Shown here piece by piece: positions 15,240 to 28,869 of a stretch of DNA of 64,000 nucleotides. Within the stretch, counting starts at the first letter, position 1, and each line of letters begins with the position of its first letter. Source of the DNA: Eledone cirrhosa. Lineage: Eukaryota. The translations under genes were made by a program, and so were the position numbers. The DNA lies in contig OZ024742.1 of the NCBI GenBank assembly GCA_964016885.1, forward strand, positions 259,656,001 through 259,720,000. Reading direction: 5' to 3'. The notes below the pieces were generated by a model, which did not search any database, had not been told where the DNA came from, and saw nothing but the letters and a program-made list of their open reading frames with translations.

Positions 15240-16610
15240 ACAAACAAGAGGATTCATTAACGTAAAGTCTCATTGGTTTCACTCTTAAAAAAGGAGAGTT
15301 AGTTAACGTGTTGGGCATTTTCCCTTCATCAGGAAGAAGGGGTTTCAGGGTATGGAAAGTAATATAAAAGGAAAAACACAAAGAAAATTAAAAAATACAA
15401 TTAAAAGGAGAGGGGGGAGGAGTTTTGATGGCTAGTGGATTGTCCGGTGTTCGGGAGTAGGTGTATGAATGAAAGCATTTGTGTATGTGTATATGTTTGT
15501 ATGTGTGTTTGGCTGAGATGTGTGGTTATTGGCGTGTATTGTGTGGTTACATATATTAGTGAATGCACGCGTGTGTCCGTGTGTGTGTGTACGGATGGGG
15601 TGGGGTTGGTTTTCGTTTCTAGTCTGGTCCGAGATGGGTTTCCGTATCCAGTAGGCTCCAAGTCATTTAAGTCCTATGTATATAATGTCCGTGTCTGAAG
15701 TGGAAGAGAAAGGAATTGTGGGTAAGAGCTGTAGTGTCGGTGAGGAAAGGACAAATGTGGCAGAGAGATAGGGAGCAGCGTAGGGATCCATAGATAAGTA
15801 GATGTAGGGCAGGCGAACTGCGGACGAGGATATTTCTGAGCTCGCGTGCATAGTTGAAGGAGGGGAGAGGTGGGTGATGGACAATGAGGGATGTGGAGGG
15901 GTCTGACTAGAGGCTGCGGAAAGACGGAGGATCGTCCTCTGGAGAAGCAATGTGGTGGCGGGGAAGTAAGTGGGAAGTGTAGTCGGTTGTTCGGGGGGGG
16001 GGGCACTGTGTGAGGGCGGTTGCCTGATCTACCTTATGGGGTCGGGTGCAGGTGGCTTGGTCAAGGGTTGGGTTACCCTCACTGAGTGAACAGTCAAACC
16101 ATATACTTAGCTTGGGCCTCAATGTCATGGGTTCGGCTGAGGGGGAAGATCGCAGAAATTAGGAGTATGGGTGGAGTGTTTGATGTTGGTGGGTTGCAAG
16201 GATGTGAAATTTAAGTAGGAGTGAGCGTCGGCAAGTTTGAAAAGGGCGGAGGTGATGACGGAACGAAGGGAATGGTAAAGTCAAGGGTGGGGTGGAAGCA
16301 TCAGAAGATTGAGTGAGGTGGACGCTGATACAGTCGTTGATGTATCGACCGTAAAACTCCGGGGTGTGACCCATGTATTGGGCAAAGATTTGAGCCAAAT
16401 GTTAAAAGAGTCGGGGGGGGTGCATGATGAAGTTGGGGGGCGAGGGAGGATAGGAGTGAGGGGGCGAATGAATTCGTGGATGGTAGAAGAAACCTGTTGC
16501 TGATATTCTAGGATATGGTCGAAGGGAAGAGGGCGATAGAATAGGAGGTTGCGGAGCTAACGGAGAGCCTCAATATTGTAGAGGTAGGCGCGCCGCATGA
16601 TCCACGATAT
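15240..16610 (-). mobile_element. Degenerate Penelope-like element (RT remnant plus 3' terminus)
   Basis: Minus ORF 16159-16398 has FYGRYINDCI (RT YxRYIDD-like). GC-richer island. Decayed HHR (TTC-CTGATGA-AGGG..CCC) near 15305-15335 at the 3' end. Confidence 0.6.
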
Positions 16611-16616
16611 ATACAG

Positions 16617-16666
<50 letters not shown>

Positions 16667-17565
16667 AAGCTTCTACATAATTTGGTATAATTTCACCCAA
16701 CTTGTAGAAATCTTATAATGAAACGAGTCGTCTGGGAAGTGATATATTTGATATACCTCATATGAAATGATACAGACAATTCTCCACACAATACAATATA
16801 GTTAGCACCCCGAACGTTTAATTAGGAACATACTCAGATATTTCCTAATGTTTGTTGACTGAGTTGGAATTTGGCCGGAGTATCGCTATTAGCTTTCTCC
16901 GTTTATGTGTTTATATATTTACTCTTGGTGCAACAGATATGAACTTTCCCGAAATAAGGTATGACTCGCTTTGTTTATTTTTTATATGAATATTGACTGT
17001 TTGTTCTTGTATCTCATTCTGTTATTTTTCCCGAGAAAATATCTATATGTGTCATTAAGCGAAGCGCACATATGGTTATTTTTTCATATCCAATTGAGTT
17101 CTAAGCACGTGGCTTGAATTCGTATCGGAATTGAACTGACCTGCGCATGTATTGTTTTTGGTGGTAGTCTCCTTCCTCCTATTTTCGAGACAGTGTGAGA
17201 TTTTCTTTAGAACTGTTGAACTAACAACCTAGCAGCTCCCTCAAGCACTGATGGTGATTATCGCTAAATATTGATGTTGATTTGGTTATCAATATTAATA
17301 TTATTGGGCACCCACTGAAGAATTATAAGAGCCCACTTGTATAAGTATCTGTTGATCTTATAGAAGCTTCTACATAATTTGGTATAATTTCACCCAACTT
17401 GTAGAAATCTTATAATGAAACGAGTCGTCTGGGAAGTGATATATTTGATATATCTCATATGAAATGATACAGACAATTCTCCTCACAATACAATATAGTT
17501 AGCACCCCGAACGTTTAATTAGGAATATACTCAGATATTTCCTAATGTTTGTTGAGTGAGCTGGA
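16667..17565 (+). mobile_element. Non-coding PLE-derived element with direct terminal repeats of about 200 bp (pseudo-LTRs)
   Basis: 16667-16868 is nearly identical to 17364-17565. Flanked by (TA)n on both sides. Contains a hammerhead and no ORF. Confidence 0.8.
17311..17433 (+). ncRNA. Type I hammerhead ribozyme with long stem II insertion
   Basis: CCCA-CTGAAGA-ATTATAAGA...(about 77 nt)...TCTTATAAT-GAAA-CGAGTCG-TC-TGGG, GUC cleavage triplet. Confidence 0.82.
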
Positions 17566-17724
17566 TATATATATATATATATATATATATTTATTTATAT
17601 ATATATATCGCATAGATATGTACGAAGATTATCTAGCTGCTTGCCTCTATGTTTGTTCTTTGTGATCTCAATTACATTACAGTTCAGTACACCTCTCTAT
17701 ATATGCTCTCGCTATATATAATCC

Positions 17725-17758
<34 letters not shown>

Positions 17759-18153
17759 ATATATATACTTTATATTCTCTATATATGTAGCCCATCCCGC
17801 TGTGCTCATCTGTCATTTTTTTTATATGACATTAAGATCTAATAAGAAGATCGTTCAAAAATATCGTTCGCATCCCTCTTCGTTCATCCGCCATATTGTT
17901 TGATCTAAGAAGGTCGTTCAAAAAAAATATATATATCTCACTTGCTTCCCGTTCATCTCATCCACCATTTTGTTTCTTTTTTTAGTTTGGTTGTACTTTT
18001 CTTTTGTTTCTGAGCCAGCTAAATGAAATGCTGAAGCAAGTGGTTTTACTTTAAAGTACTTCGACATCAAAGTCCCCATTTCTTCAGCACCTGTTAGTTA
18101 ATCGGATTATCTATGATTGTAAAAATAAATGTATAGGCAACTGTATGGGAATA

Positions 18154-18211
<58 letters not shown>

Positions 18212-18280
18212 ATATGTAAATATATATACATATGTGTGTGTGTAAATATGTTTATATATATACACTTATGTATGTATATG

Positions 18281-18316
<36 letters not shown>

Positions 18317-18594
18317 CGCACACAGAGATAGGCTTTATTTCAGAGAAAGTGAAAGAGGAGGCAGAGACGGTATATTCAAGTTTAATACATATCCTGTTGG
18401 TCTGCTTCTCATTTATTCTATGCAAGTCCAAATATATTTGCTGGTTGAAAGAGTGGCGCCCGTATTTCCATCAGCGTACGAATGTCTCGAACCCTTTGCG
18501 GCTCCATTGTCAGACCAAAATGTTCAGTTTAGGGGTGTTCTTCCAAGGAGATGTGAAAAATCATTCATTGAAATGGGCTTCTTTAATGCAAATC

Positions 18595-18845
18595 ATGTTT
18601 GGTCTTCTTTTACATAACAGAAACAGTAAAAACTAGATTCGCCAGCAGAGAAGCGTGAACGATATAATACAGACCATCAAAAATGGTAAACATAGATGGG
18701 CTGACCATGTCTTTCATTTCAAAGACAACAGGTAGACTATTAGAGTGACAGAATGGGGAAAGAGGCAATGGAGAAGAACCAGAGGGCGGCCAAAGCCAGA
18801 TGGTGCAATGATCTGACCCGATACCTCGGCCCCACAAGGCCCAAT
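18595..18845 (+). mobile_element. RTE-clade LINE C-terminal fragment
   Basis: Translates IRQQRSVNDIIQTIKNGKHRWADHVFHFKDNR*TIRVTEWGKRQWRRTRGRP, matching the RTE 'RWAGHV...W...RGRP' tail. Confidence 0.75.
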
Positions 18846-18964
18846 ATGACCAGAAATATGTATAATAAAATAAATATGGTTTTATAAATATAGTTTCCAT
18901 TTATTAATATATTATATATATATATATAAGCACGCTTTCGACGTTTTAAGTAGTAGCAATTCAT

Positions 18965-19011
18965 TTTTCTAATGATTTCTTTTGAATGAAACAGTTCTAG
19001 TTCTGTAGAAA
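18965..19011 (+). ncRNA. Degenerate hammerhead (family shared with 53000 and about 42335)
   Basis: TTTT-CTAATGA-TTTC..GAAT-GAAA-CAG-TTCTAGTT-CTG-TA-GAAA. The G5>A core change probably inactivates it. Confidence 0.55.
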
Positions 19012-19556
19012 CCATTTATACATTAAACTTGATATATATATACATACATACATATATATATATATATATGAGTGTGTGTATGTGTGTCCATACACACATA
19101 AACACAAACACATAAACACAAACACACATACGCACGCGCTCAACGTTTGAAGTAGTAGTAAATGATTTTCTTATGATTATATGTATGCTTAGTTATGTTG
19201 GCATTTAGTGAAATGAATAGACACGTACATACTCACATACATAAATGCATATATATACGTATTCAAATTACCTTACTTGAATCTGGCAGAGCTGGCTTTA
19301 TACTGTAGATGATATGAGTAGATTAGAAATATTTACAAATACAATAATAGAGAATACATGCATACACATACGCACACACTCACACATACACACACACACA
19401 CACTCATAAACACACACACACATAAACACCAACACACACACATACACACATGTATATATATATATATATGTTTGTGTGTGTATGATTTCATATCGATATT
19501 TATTCGTATGTATGGGTATATATATAAAATTATCTTGATAAATGGATACAAAAGGG

Positions 19557-19602
<46 letters not shown>

Positions 19603-20074
19603 GAGAGAGAGGGGGAAAGAGAGAGAGGGGGAGGGAGAGGGAGAAGAAAAGAGATTGTGAATGACAGATAGAAAGATAGATATTAGAACATGTACTCGTA
19701 TATTAGCAAATGACTTCCTGATTACATTCTGAAAAGTTAATTAAATTTTTAGTGCAGCACGATTAAATGTCACCAGCTTCCAGCTTTGCTGAAGGATGCC
19801 CTTGTCGAAGTTCAAATAATTTTTACTATTTTTATTAAATTTTCTCATCAAATATAACTGGCTTCAAAAGGACCGTTTGTGGGTAATCAGTGAATTCCCG
19901 GTGGTTCAGTAAACGTGAGAGGTTGACAATGCTCTGAAGAACTTAAGAAGAAATGTGACTGATGATAATGTATCGAATTATTTATGGAGGCGTATATTTC
20001 ACACAATGGTTCAACGGTACATATACGCACATACATATGCACACATATATCCATACATATACAAATGTATGTAA

Positions 20075-20170
<96 letters not shown>

Positions 20171-20446
20171 CATACACAGTTATTACATACATATTATATG
20201 TCTGTGTATGTGTGTACGTATATATATCCACATATCCACACATTTATAATATATATATACATATTTATGTATACATATAAGTGTGTGTATGTGTGTATGT
20301 ACACCCCTGTGTGAGAGCTAATTATAATTAATCCAAGCCAAGCCTAGTGCCCGCAATATGCAAATGAACTTTTCAAGCAATGAATGTTTTATACAAAAAA
20401 AGGATATAAAATTTAGTTTATTCTTATCTAGGTATTGAATGTTCAG

Positions 20447-20494
20447 ACGTCACTGATGATGGATTTAAAATCCTGAAACACTAATGTCTGGCGT
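20447..20494 (+). ncRNA. Type I hammerhead ribozyme
   Basis: ACGTCA-CTGATGA-T-GGAT-TTAAA-ATCC-T-GAAA-CA-CTAA-TG-TC-TGGCGT: all three stems pair, GUC site. Confidence 0.8.
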
Positions 20495-20635
20495 TCTCAT
20501 ATATCTACGCAGATAGCTGTGGAATCATCACAGCTTTAAACATTCATAACGAAACTTATACATGTTTATTTTACATAAACACATCCTATGTGCCTCCATA
20601 TACACCTATATATATATTATTTATATTAATGTTTA

Positions 20636-20810
20636 TTGGCAGTATCAGTCGAGGATCGGACGCCATGCTTTGCAGCATAGCGTTACGGTTTGAGTTCAAA
20701 TCCCGCCGAAGTTAACTTTGCCTTTCATCCTTACGGGGTCAATAAGATAAAGCACCAGTAATGCACTGGGATAATTGCTGGCCTTGTGCCAAAAGTAGAA
20801 ACAATTATTA
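20636..20810 (+). mobile_element. SINE (family B)
   Basis: B-box GAGTTCAAATCCCGCC followed by AACTTTGCCTTTCATCCTTACGGGGT. Near-identical segments at 34645-34820, 43345-43545 and 61100-61283 (minus). Confidence 0.75.
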
Positions 20811-22735
20811 TTATTGTTAATATTGTTATTGTTGTTGTTTTATCATTCCCAGCGCACCTACTGTTATAGGAATTGTTTCTGTTTTTATCATCCACATTAG
20901 GGTTATTCCCATCTCTAGATGTTTATATTTGGATAATTTCTCCATTTCATTGTCGTCTGAGGGGATTGACATACGAATTAGAAGAATTTTTTCTTTGACT
21001 ATAATATTCAGTCATTTGGCTTTATTATTATTATTATTATCTTTGGCTGTCCGAGAGTAAAGACGTGTTATTGTGAGCTCCGCAAAGTAATGCATTTTCA
21101 AGACTTTCCGTTTGTATTAATTTGTTGGCCTTGTGCCTAAATCAGAAACCATTATTATTATGATTTTATAATTCCGGTTTCACTGATCCAAAGCGAAATC
21201 GTAAAATCGAAAACGGAAACCATTCTGTGGAATTTCCGAGTCTATGGAAATTTGGATTCTATAATCTATATCCTGTGTAAGCAATGATTGGCTGTCAAGC
21301 AAAACCTAGTCCCCGTTTTTAATATATTCCTCGTATATTGGACAGCTCAGTCGAACTGTTCCATTGCTTTGATCTTGCCATAACCAATTCCACAGACAAT
21401 TCTATGGAAACTTATTGGTCTAGTAATGTTCTGTGCACAAGAATACGTTTATATTTGTACTTGTGAGTGTGTTTCTGTATGTATACATGTATGTGTGTGT
21501 GTGTGTATAAATACACGCACATACACATACAGACACACACATCTCTCTCTATATATATATGTGTGTGTGTGAGTGTGTGTGTTTAGAAACATATCTCTAT
21601 ATGTATATGAATAATGTGCATATATATATATATACATGTAGTTTAGAAGACTGTAGCCATTGGAATTTGAAAATTAAATTGAATTATCAGCTTTCATCGT
21701 ATTTTTTTTACCACACTAATGATGGGGCGTATAAGCCCCCATAACTGAGAAAATGGTCTTGAGCACACGTGGGAAACGAAACCACACCTCTTATTTTTCT
21801 CGCATGCTGATACCCATATTTTTCCGTTATGAGGTCTTATGCTCCCCGTTATTAAACTATTTACTGTTGTTAAAAAATACGTGAAAGCTGTTAATTCAAT
21901 TCAGTTATCACACACATATATATACATACACCATAATATGTTTACATCTAATGTAAATCAAGTGCCTACACATACGTCTGAACACTACGAACTACCTCAT
22001 AAAATTTATTTCATCAACAAGCGGCCGCTTGCACTGTCTCACAAGCCGATATGTATGCGCCTATACGGGACTTTATCTTTTTTACGCACTAATCATTTCA
22101 CCAATTTCTTCCACTCTTCAAGGTCCCATAAATTCTCTAATTTTAGTACTGATCTTTAGCCCTTCCCATATATGCCACACATCCTTACCTCTAATTTTTC
22201 CTTTTCTAGCCATCTTCTTATTTGTTTATTGTTTCACCACTGGTTGGCCAAATGCCAACCAATTTGCTATCCAGCTACAACATACTGTATTTCACTAACT
22301 ATGGCCACCAATTTCAGCATTGTTCCTGTACTTATAACCATTTCTCATGCAGCCAACGATCCATGCACGTTACTCATGGGATAATCTCAGCTCAACCCGA
22401 ATTTGCACTGGTTAACACACCTAGCTAAAGTATGTTTATATTTCTGGCTGCAAGCAAAACTGAATGTGTATATAGATATACGTGTTCGTGTGTTTATAAA
22501 CGAAGGTGTATGTATGGACATATATGTGGGTGTGGGTGTAATAAATTCTATATAATCATGACTACGGACATTTATCATAATTTGTCTATGAAGAAATACG
22601 CTTAATACTAAAAGAGCAGTGTAAATTAATACAGATTTCATTCTTACTCGCGTTTCATTGCGTAACGCATTGAAACGCGAGTATTCAATAAATGAATCAT
22701 GGAGTATCAGTAAATGTGTCTTGTTTTTTATTAAG

Positions 22736-22863
<128 letters not shown>

Positions 22864-24638
22864 GTGTGCGCGTATGTGTGAAATGCGAGATTTTTATGTT
22901 TACATTCTTCAACATTTTTTATCTCTTATTCACCCTATTCTTTTGGGGTATGGTCGCTTCATGATTGTATCGCAATTAGGTCGCTCTGATTAGGTGTTCA
23001 CACTTGGTACTATTGAGCATGTTCCGTGTGCTAACATGATCTAAATAACAGTGGAAGTTCTAGGCATTTAGTATTGAGTCAATCTAAATTCCTATTAAAA
23101 TTTACTCCTGATAATTTCATTAGATCAGTCGTGTTCTATGTTGGTTGAGCGATGTAGTTCTATTTTTAACATCTTTCCGCTAATTTTACTCCAACAGCAT
23201 GGTCCGCCATGCTACTGTAGAATTTATACTAACTATTCTAGCAAACACACACACATTGCGAATGTTGGCTTTACTTTTCTGTAGAGAAGACTTAAACTTT
23301 CCGTTGTTTGGTTTCCAGACTAGCCCGTTGAGGTGATCCTCGCGAAAGCCTAATTGTTGATTAATAATTTTTAATATTTGCAATTAGCGATGTTTTGGCA
23401 GATTTGAAACAGATCTAACAATTTTGTTCATGGAGTTTACAACTTTCATGATTCTATTGAAATATGTATGTCTACAAATTTGAATAAAAATTTCTATGTC
23501 CAATCCCAAGGTCAGTAGTGCCCTATGGGGGAGGATTTTAATATTTTGATTCATTTACTCTCATTATTTTATCTGTTCCCACCCATAGACTGCGCCCAAA
23601 CTGGGTTATTGTTATTAAAATAACAACAAAAAAACACTTTTAGCATAAGTAGTTTTCGAACATGTACAAATACTTTTGTCCAACGTCTTAACCAACTGGG
23701 CCATCATGTTCACTTTATATAAAGAAATATCTTAACTACCACCATGCCCAACATCATTATTGTTATCCCCTCTTCTTCATACTGTGACAAATGAATTGAT
23801 CTATTAAAATGTCGGGGATTAACCCGGATGAAAGAGTATTATCGATGAAAGCAGTATGGAGAGAAGGATAGGAGGAAGTGAAGATGGCGAAGCAATATAG
23901 CGAATAGATACATAGAGAGAGAGGGGGAGAGCTGGAAAGATACAGACACTGTGTGCGCGTCAATCGGAAAGATAGTGTGAGTGAGGAGAAAGAAATAAGG
24001 AAAAGAGGAGAAAGAAGGAGAGCGAGCAAGAAAGAGAGTGAGAGAGAGAGAGTGACAGTAGGAAAGAGAAATATTTAGAAAGACACAGTAGGAGAGTCAG
24101 GAGGTGTTATAATGTGAATGTGAGAGGAGGGAATGAGGAAAATAGAGAGATAGAAAATATATATATAAGAAAGTAATATGACATTGAAGAGGAGGTGGTA
24201 ATTATAAAGAGTGAGTGGCAGACAGACGTATAATGTGAATGTCAGAGGAAGACAGAGAGAGACAGTATGTGAGAGGCAAAGGAGGGGAAAGAGGAAATGG
24301 AGTAGGAGGAAGCAGTTTTTACTCAGATTAAATCAAACACCATCGATAGCTTAAGCTGATATGTTACTGTCAGATTCCATTAAATGGGTATTCCTATTCA
24401 AACACTTCGACATTATTCCATTTACCTCCATCTTCTCTACCTAGCTATTTGTCTGTCGTCTGTTTGTCTGTCTAACCAAATGTTGTCGAGTTCTCTGTCT
24501 GTCTGCATGTATGTATTTATATATATATATGTGTGTGTATGTGTGTGTGTGTGTGTGTGTGTGTCTATATATATGTGAAGGGGTGTATGTATATATATAT
24601 ATACATATGTATCTTTGTATAGATATGTTTAGACATAC

Positions 24639-24734
<96 letters not shown>

Positions 24735-24893
24735 CGGAGTATCGCTATTAGCTTTCTCTGTCAATGTATTAAGTATATATATAGAGAGAGAAAATTGAGG
24801 TTGGTAATGGCACATGGAATATATAAGAGACAGAATACTTTTTTGTGAAAAAACATATAATTTTATAAGGTAAGGAAATAATAAAGGGTATAA

Positions 24894-24941
24894 AAAATGA
24901 CCGGTTTCGATGGGTCTGCAAAAGCCATCTTTTCAAATGTT
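24894..24941 (-). ncRNA. Hammerhead, U3-A8 variant (inverted copy of 26362-26409)
   Basis: Reverse complement of 26362-26409. Confidence 0.6.
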
Positions 24942-25707
24942 GATTAATATTAAGAAAAATTAATAATAATAAGAGTTAAAATTTGAGATTTGAAAATTCA
25001 AGTATAAAATTCATTGTGGGATTTCACAGTAGTTTTCATCTTGGTAGCAGCTCGTTTAGCAGCTCGTTGACTGCTGGGTGCCTTTCTGGTAGTGAATGAG
25101 AAGTTATTTGGGGGTGTGGGTTATTTTACAGAGACCAATTCTGTAGAATCAGGTTTATTCGTTGACAGACCATGCCTTTGTGTGACCAACACATCCATGT
25201 TAAACCCTGCACGTGCACACACATATATCTATATATATATGCGCACACTGAATTCACCACTGTCGGTTGCGGGGCCCAATCTACATGAAGAACTCAATGT
25301 GATCAGAATGACTTGTATTTTAATTTCACTGTCCTAACTTCTTATATTATAGAAAAAATATATGTGTATGTATGTATATATATATATTTGGAGGCCATTT
25401 CTCTGTGTGTGGGTGTATGTATGTGTATATATGTGTGTGTGTGTATGTGTGTGTGTATGTGTGTGCATGTGGATGTATGTATTGTGTGTGCGTGTGTGTG
25501 TGTGTGTGTATGTATGTGTGTATCTGGATGTATGCGTATGTGTATATATATATGTGTGTGTGTGTATATATATGTGTGGGTATGTGTATATATGTGTGTG
25601 TGTGTATGTGTTTGTATGTGTGTATGTATATATATGTGTGTGTATGTATGTGTGGGGGTCTGTGTGTATATATATGTGTATGTATGTGTGTGTATATATG
25701 TGTATGT

Positions 25708-25757
<50 letters not shown>

Positions 25758-25905
25758 ATGTATGTGTGTATCTGGATGTATGTGTATGTATATATATGTG
25801 TGTGTGTGTATATATATATATGTGTGTATGTGCATATATGTGTGTGTGTATATGTGTGTGTGTATATATATGTATGTGTGTGTGTATGTACGTGTGTATA
25901 TGTAT

Positions 25906-25983
<78 letters not shown>

Positions 25984-26361
25984 GTGTATGTATATGTATA
26001 TGTATGTATGTGTGGATGAAGGTATGTGTGTATATATAGGTGTAAGTGCACTAAATCCCTTTCTATCAATCTCCCCTCTCCTACCTACCACAGGAAGATA
26101 TATGTATGTATATTGCTTCCACCCCCTCACTGACCAGCAGCTGGCCATCTGGCCATTGCTAAATTTGACCTTTATAAAATAACCCACACCCCCAAATAAC
26201 TTCTCATTCACTACCAGAAAGGCACCCAGCAGTCAACGAGCTGCTAAACGAGCTGCTAGCAAGATGAAAACTACTGTGAAATCCCACAATGAATTTTATA
26301 CTTGAATTTTCAAATCTCAAATTTTAACTCTTCTTATTATTAATTTTTCTTAATATTAATC

Positions 26362-26409
26362 AACATTTGAAAAGATGGCTTTTGCAGACCCATCGAAACC
26401 GGTCATTTT
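26362..26409 (+). ncRNA. Hammerhead, U3-A8 core variant
   Basis: AACAT-TTGAAAA-GATGG...CCATC-GAAA-CCGG-TC-ATTTT. Stem I is weak. Confidence 0.62.
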
Positions 26410-26613
26410 TTATACCCTTTATTATTTCCTTACCTTATAAAATTATGTTTTTTCACAAAAAAGTATTCTGTCTCTTATATATTCCATGTGCCATTACCAA
26501 CCTCAATTTTCTCTATAACCTTCGTTTTGTGTAGTAAATTACACTTTTCATATATATATATATATATATACGATATTAAACAAATGGAAACTATATTTAT
26601 AAAACCATATTTA

Positions 26614-26675
26614 TTTCATTATACATATTTCAGGGATACCATATTAAAAATATGGCATGCCTTCTTCAGATAAAA
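26614..26675 (-). ncRNA. Hammerhead ribozyme (inverted pLTR copy)
   Basis: Reverse complement of 28808-28869 with minor differences. Confidence 0.78.
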
Positions 26676-27457
26676 TACAATATATAAGCAGTTTTATAAA
26701 TAAATTTGGTAACAACTTTAACAACTATAATAGAAAACATTACAATAATTCCAAAAGCCAGAAAAGAAATAGAACTAGAAATATAATATGGTTTGCACCC
26801 CCTTTCTCACTAAATATTAAAACCCACATTGCTAAACTATTTTTTAATGCTCTTGACAAACGCTTCCCTAGAACACATAAATATCACTCAATTTTTAATA
26901 GACATACTATAAAATTAACTTACTCGCCCACCAAAAACTTAGCACAAAATATTAACAGAATAAATAATAGGAATCTAAAACCTAGCCAAAATACCGATAA
27001 TAGCCTAAACAATATTCAACTAAACAACTGTAACTGTAGAAATAAATCTAAATGTCCGTTAAATAACAATTGCTTAGTTAAAAATATAATATACAATTGT
27101 AATGTTAAAACTGACTTAAATTCTTTTAACTATGTTGGTTCCACCTCGACAGAATTTAAACTTCGCTGTAATAATCATAAGAATTCTTTCACAGATCCAG
27201 GCAAAAAATCTTCAACTTCACTATCAGGCTTACTCTGGCAACTTAAACATGATAACGTTGGATATTCGTTGTTTTGGAATATAGTCTCAAGAGGGATTCC
27301 TTTTAATTCCTCATCTGAGACATGTGACCTCTGCGTGGAGGAGATATTCTTTATATTAAAATCTAAAAATTCCCTTAATCTAAGAAGCAATTTATTCAGT
27401 TGCTGCAGACATAGATTGAACTCAACGTTTAAATATAAATATAAATTTAAAATGTAG
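26657..27457 (+). CDS. PLE ORF C-terminus: RT-EN linker plus GIY-YIG endonuclease (5'-truncated; first about 17 aa come from the inverted pLTR)
   Basis: RNIIWFAPPFS, IFNRHTIKLTYS, CNCRNKSKCPLNNNC, IIY..YVGST..FKLRCNNH, CDLCVEE, LNLRS..CCRH motifs. Homologous to ORF 46133-47371. Confidence 0.88.
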   Translation: MPSSDKIQYISSFINKFGNNFNNYNRKHYNNSKSQKRNRTRNIIWFAPPFSLNIKTHIAKLFFNALDKRFPRTHKYHSIFNRHTIKLTYSPTKNLAQNINRINNRNLKPSQNTDNSLNNIQLNNCNCRNKSKCPLNNNCLVKNIIYNCNVKTDLNSFNYVGSTSTEFKLRCNNHKNSFTDPGKKSSTSLSGLLWQLKHDNVGYSLFWNIVSRGIPFNSSSETCDLCVEEIFFILKSKNSLNLRSNLFSCCRHRLNSTFKYKYKFKM

Positions 27458-28807
27458 TATATTTAGTTAAGATATTTATTTAATTAATTATGAAACATGA
27501 CGATAAATCTTTCGATTCCTTCAACTTTTTCTTTTTTAAACCTTCTTCATAAATATATACTAATGATGTAATTAAACTACCCTTAATTGTAGATGCTCCC
27601 AATCTATTGAATAAATTTTACGCTAGATAAACTTCTATACTAAATATAAGAGCATCTGTAGAACAACAGGGTTTCCTAAATCTTTTAAATGATTTCTGCT
27701 AAATAAGTCTTGTTGAATAATTTTGTTTTTTGTTTGCTTTTGATTCTGATTGCTTCTAATGAACTTGGCAATGTATTGTCAGATAAATTGGAAGGGTTGA
27801 TTTCTGTGGTTGATATGGGGGGCATACTGTGTTTTTTAAAGCCCTAGACACTCTAGGGAGTGATGAAAGTATTCTTAGCGTTTTGATATATTGATATCTG
27901 TTGTCTATTCTATACATGAACGATAATCATGTGTGGTAGGGCAGGAATATTAATATTAATATATATTATATTTTTATGTGTGTGTATGTATGTATATATA
28001 TATATAGTAAAATCTTTTATAATGCAAGGGAAAATTTTTTCATGTGAAATGAGAAATTACAGAGCTGATCACGTATGCTCACGTGTATATCTATAGTGTC
28101 AACTAGAACTTGAGATGACCTTCTCTTTTTCTCTTTCTTTATTTTTCCGGAAAGTACATATATACTTATGTATTTTGAAGTTTTATCTCAGGTTTTTAAT
28201 ATGTCGACCTAAGAATTTTTAAACTAAACATATGGTCATTATTTTTCACACATTATATATCTATGTCTCATTCATGAATATTGATATCTACAGTATAATA
28301 CCCAATTCATATAAATTGATAATTCAAATTGATAGAACATAACGTAAAGTTGTAAATCTGTCATCTTTCTATCTAGATATAGCTTTCTTCTCCTCCCTCT
28401 ATACATGATGTAATCTATGTATCGCCGTTTTCTCTTTAGTTATTTTTTATTTTTATTTTTCTCCGTCTCCTTAACACTATAACTAACTAAATAAATAAAT
28501 AAATAATTACAGTACTCCCTCCCCCATAAATCTCTCATTTTGCATGTTGAATTATTATTATTCATCTGTTACCTCAGCTGCCTCTCATTTTTCACCTCCT
28601 AACTATTTTTCTCTCTCCCATATCTCTCTCTATCTCTCTCTGTTTTTCTTTACATACATTTACTCCTTCTCTCCGTCTTTCTTTTCTAACTGTACCTAAC
28701 ACTAAATATTTACAAACATCTCACTACCAAACCAACTTTTTTAAATGGAAGTTGTTCAAAATTCTATGGTACGTCAAATTTATTTATAAAACTGCTTATA
28801 TATTGTA

Positions 28808-28869
28808 TTTTATCTGAAGAAGGCATGCCATATTTTTAATATGGTATCTCTGAAATATGTATAATGAAA
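28808..28869 (+). ncRNA. Type I hammerhead ribozyme in PLE 3' terminal repeat
   Basis: TTTTAT-CTGAAGA-AG..ATGCCATATT-TTT-AATATGGTAT..CT-GAAA-TATGTA-TA-ATGAAA. Confidence 0.8.

Larger units (their letters stand above)
24787..26550 (+). mobile_element. Non-coding PLE-type element with inverted arms of about 340 bp (24787-25128 / 26175-26514)
   Basis: Arms are near-identical reverse complements, each with a U3-A8 hammerhead. The spacer is largely microsatellite and the element ends at a TA run. Confidence 0.75.

Noticed and set aside
26657-27457. Selenocysteine recoding, as reported for some Naiad PLEs
   Set aside because: Both PLE ORFs read through with no in-frame UGA in the regions present.
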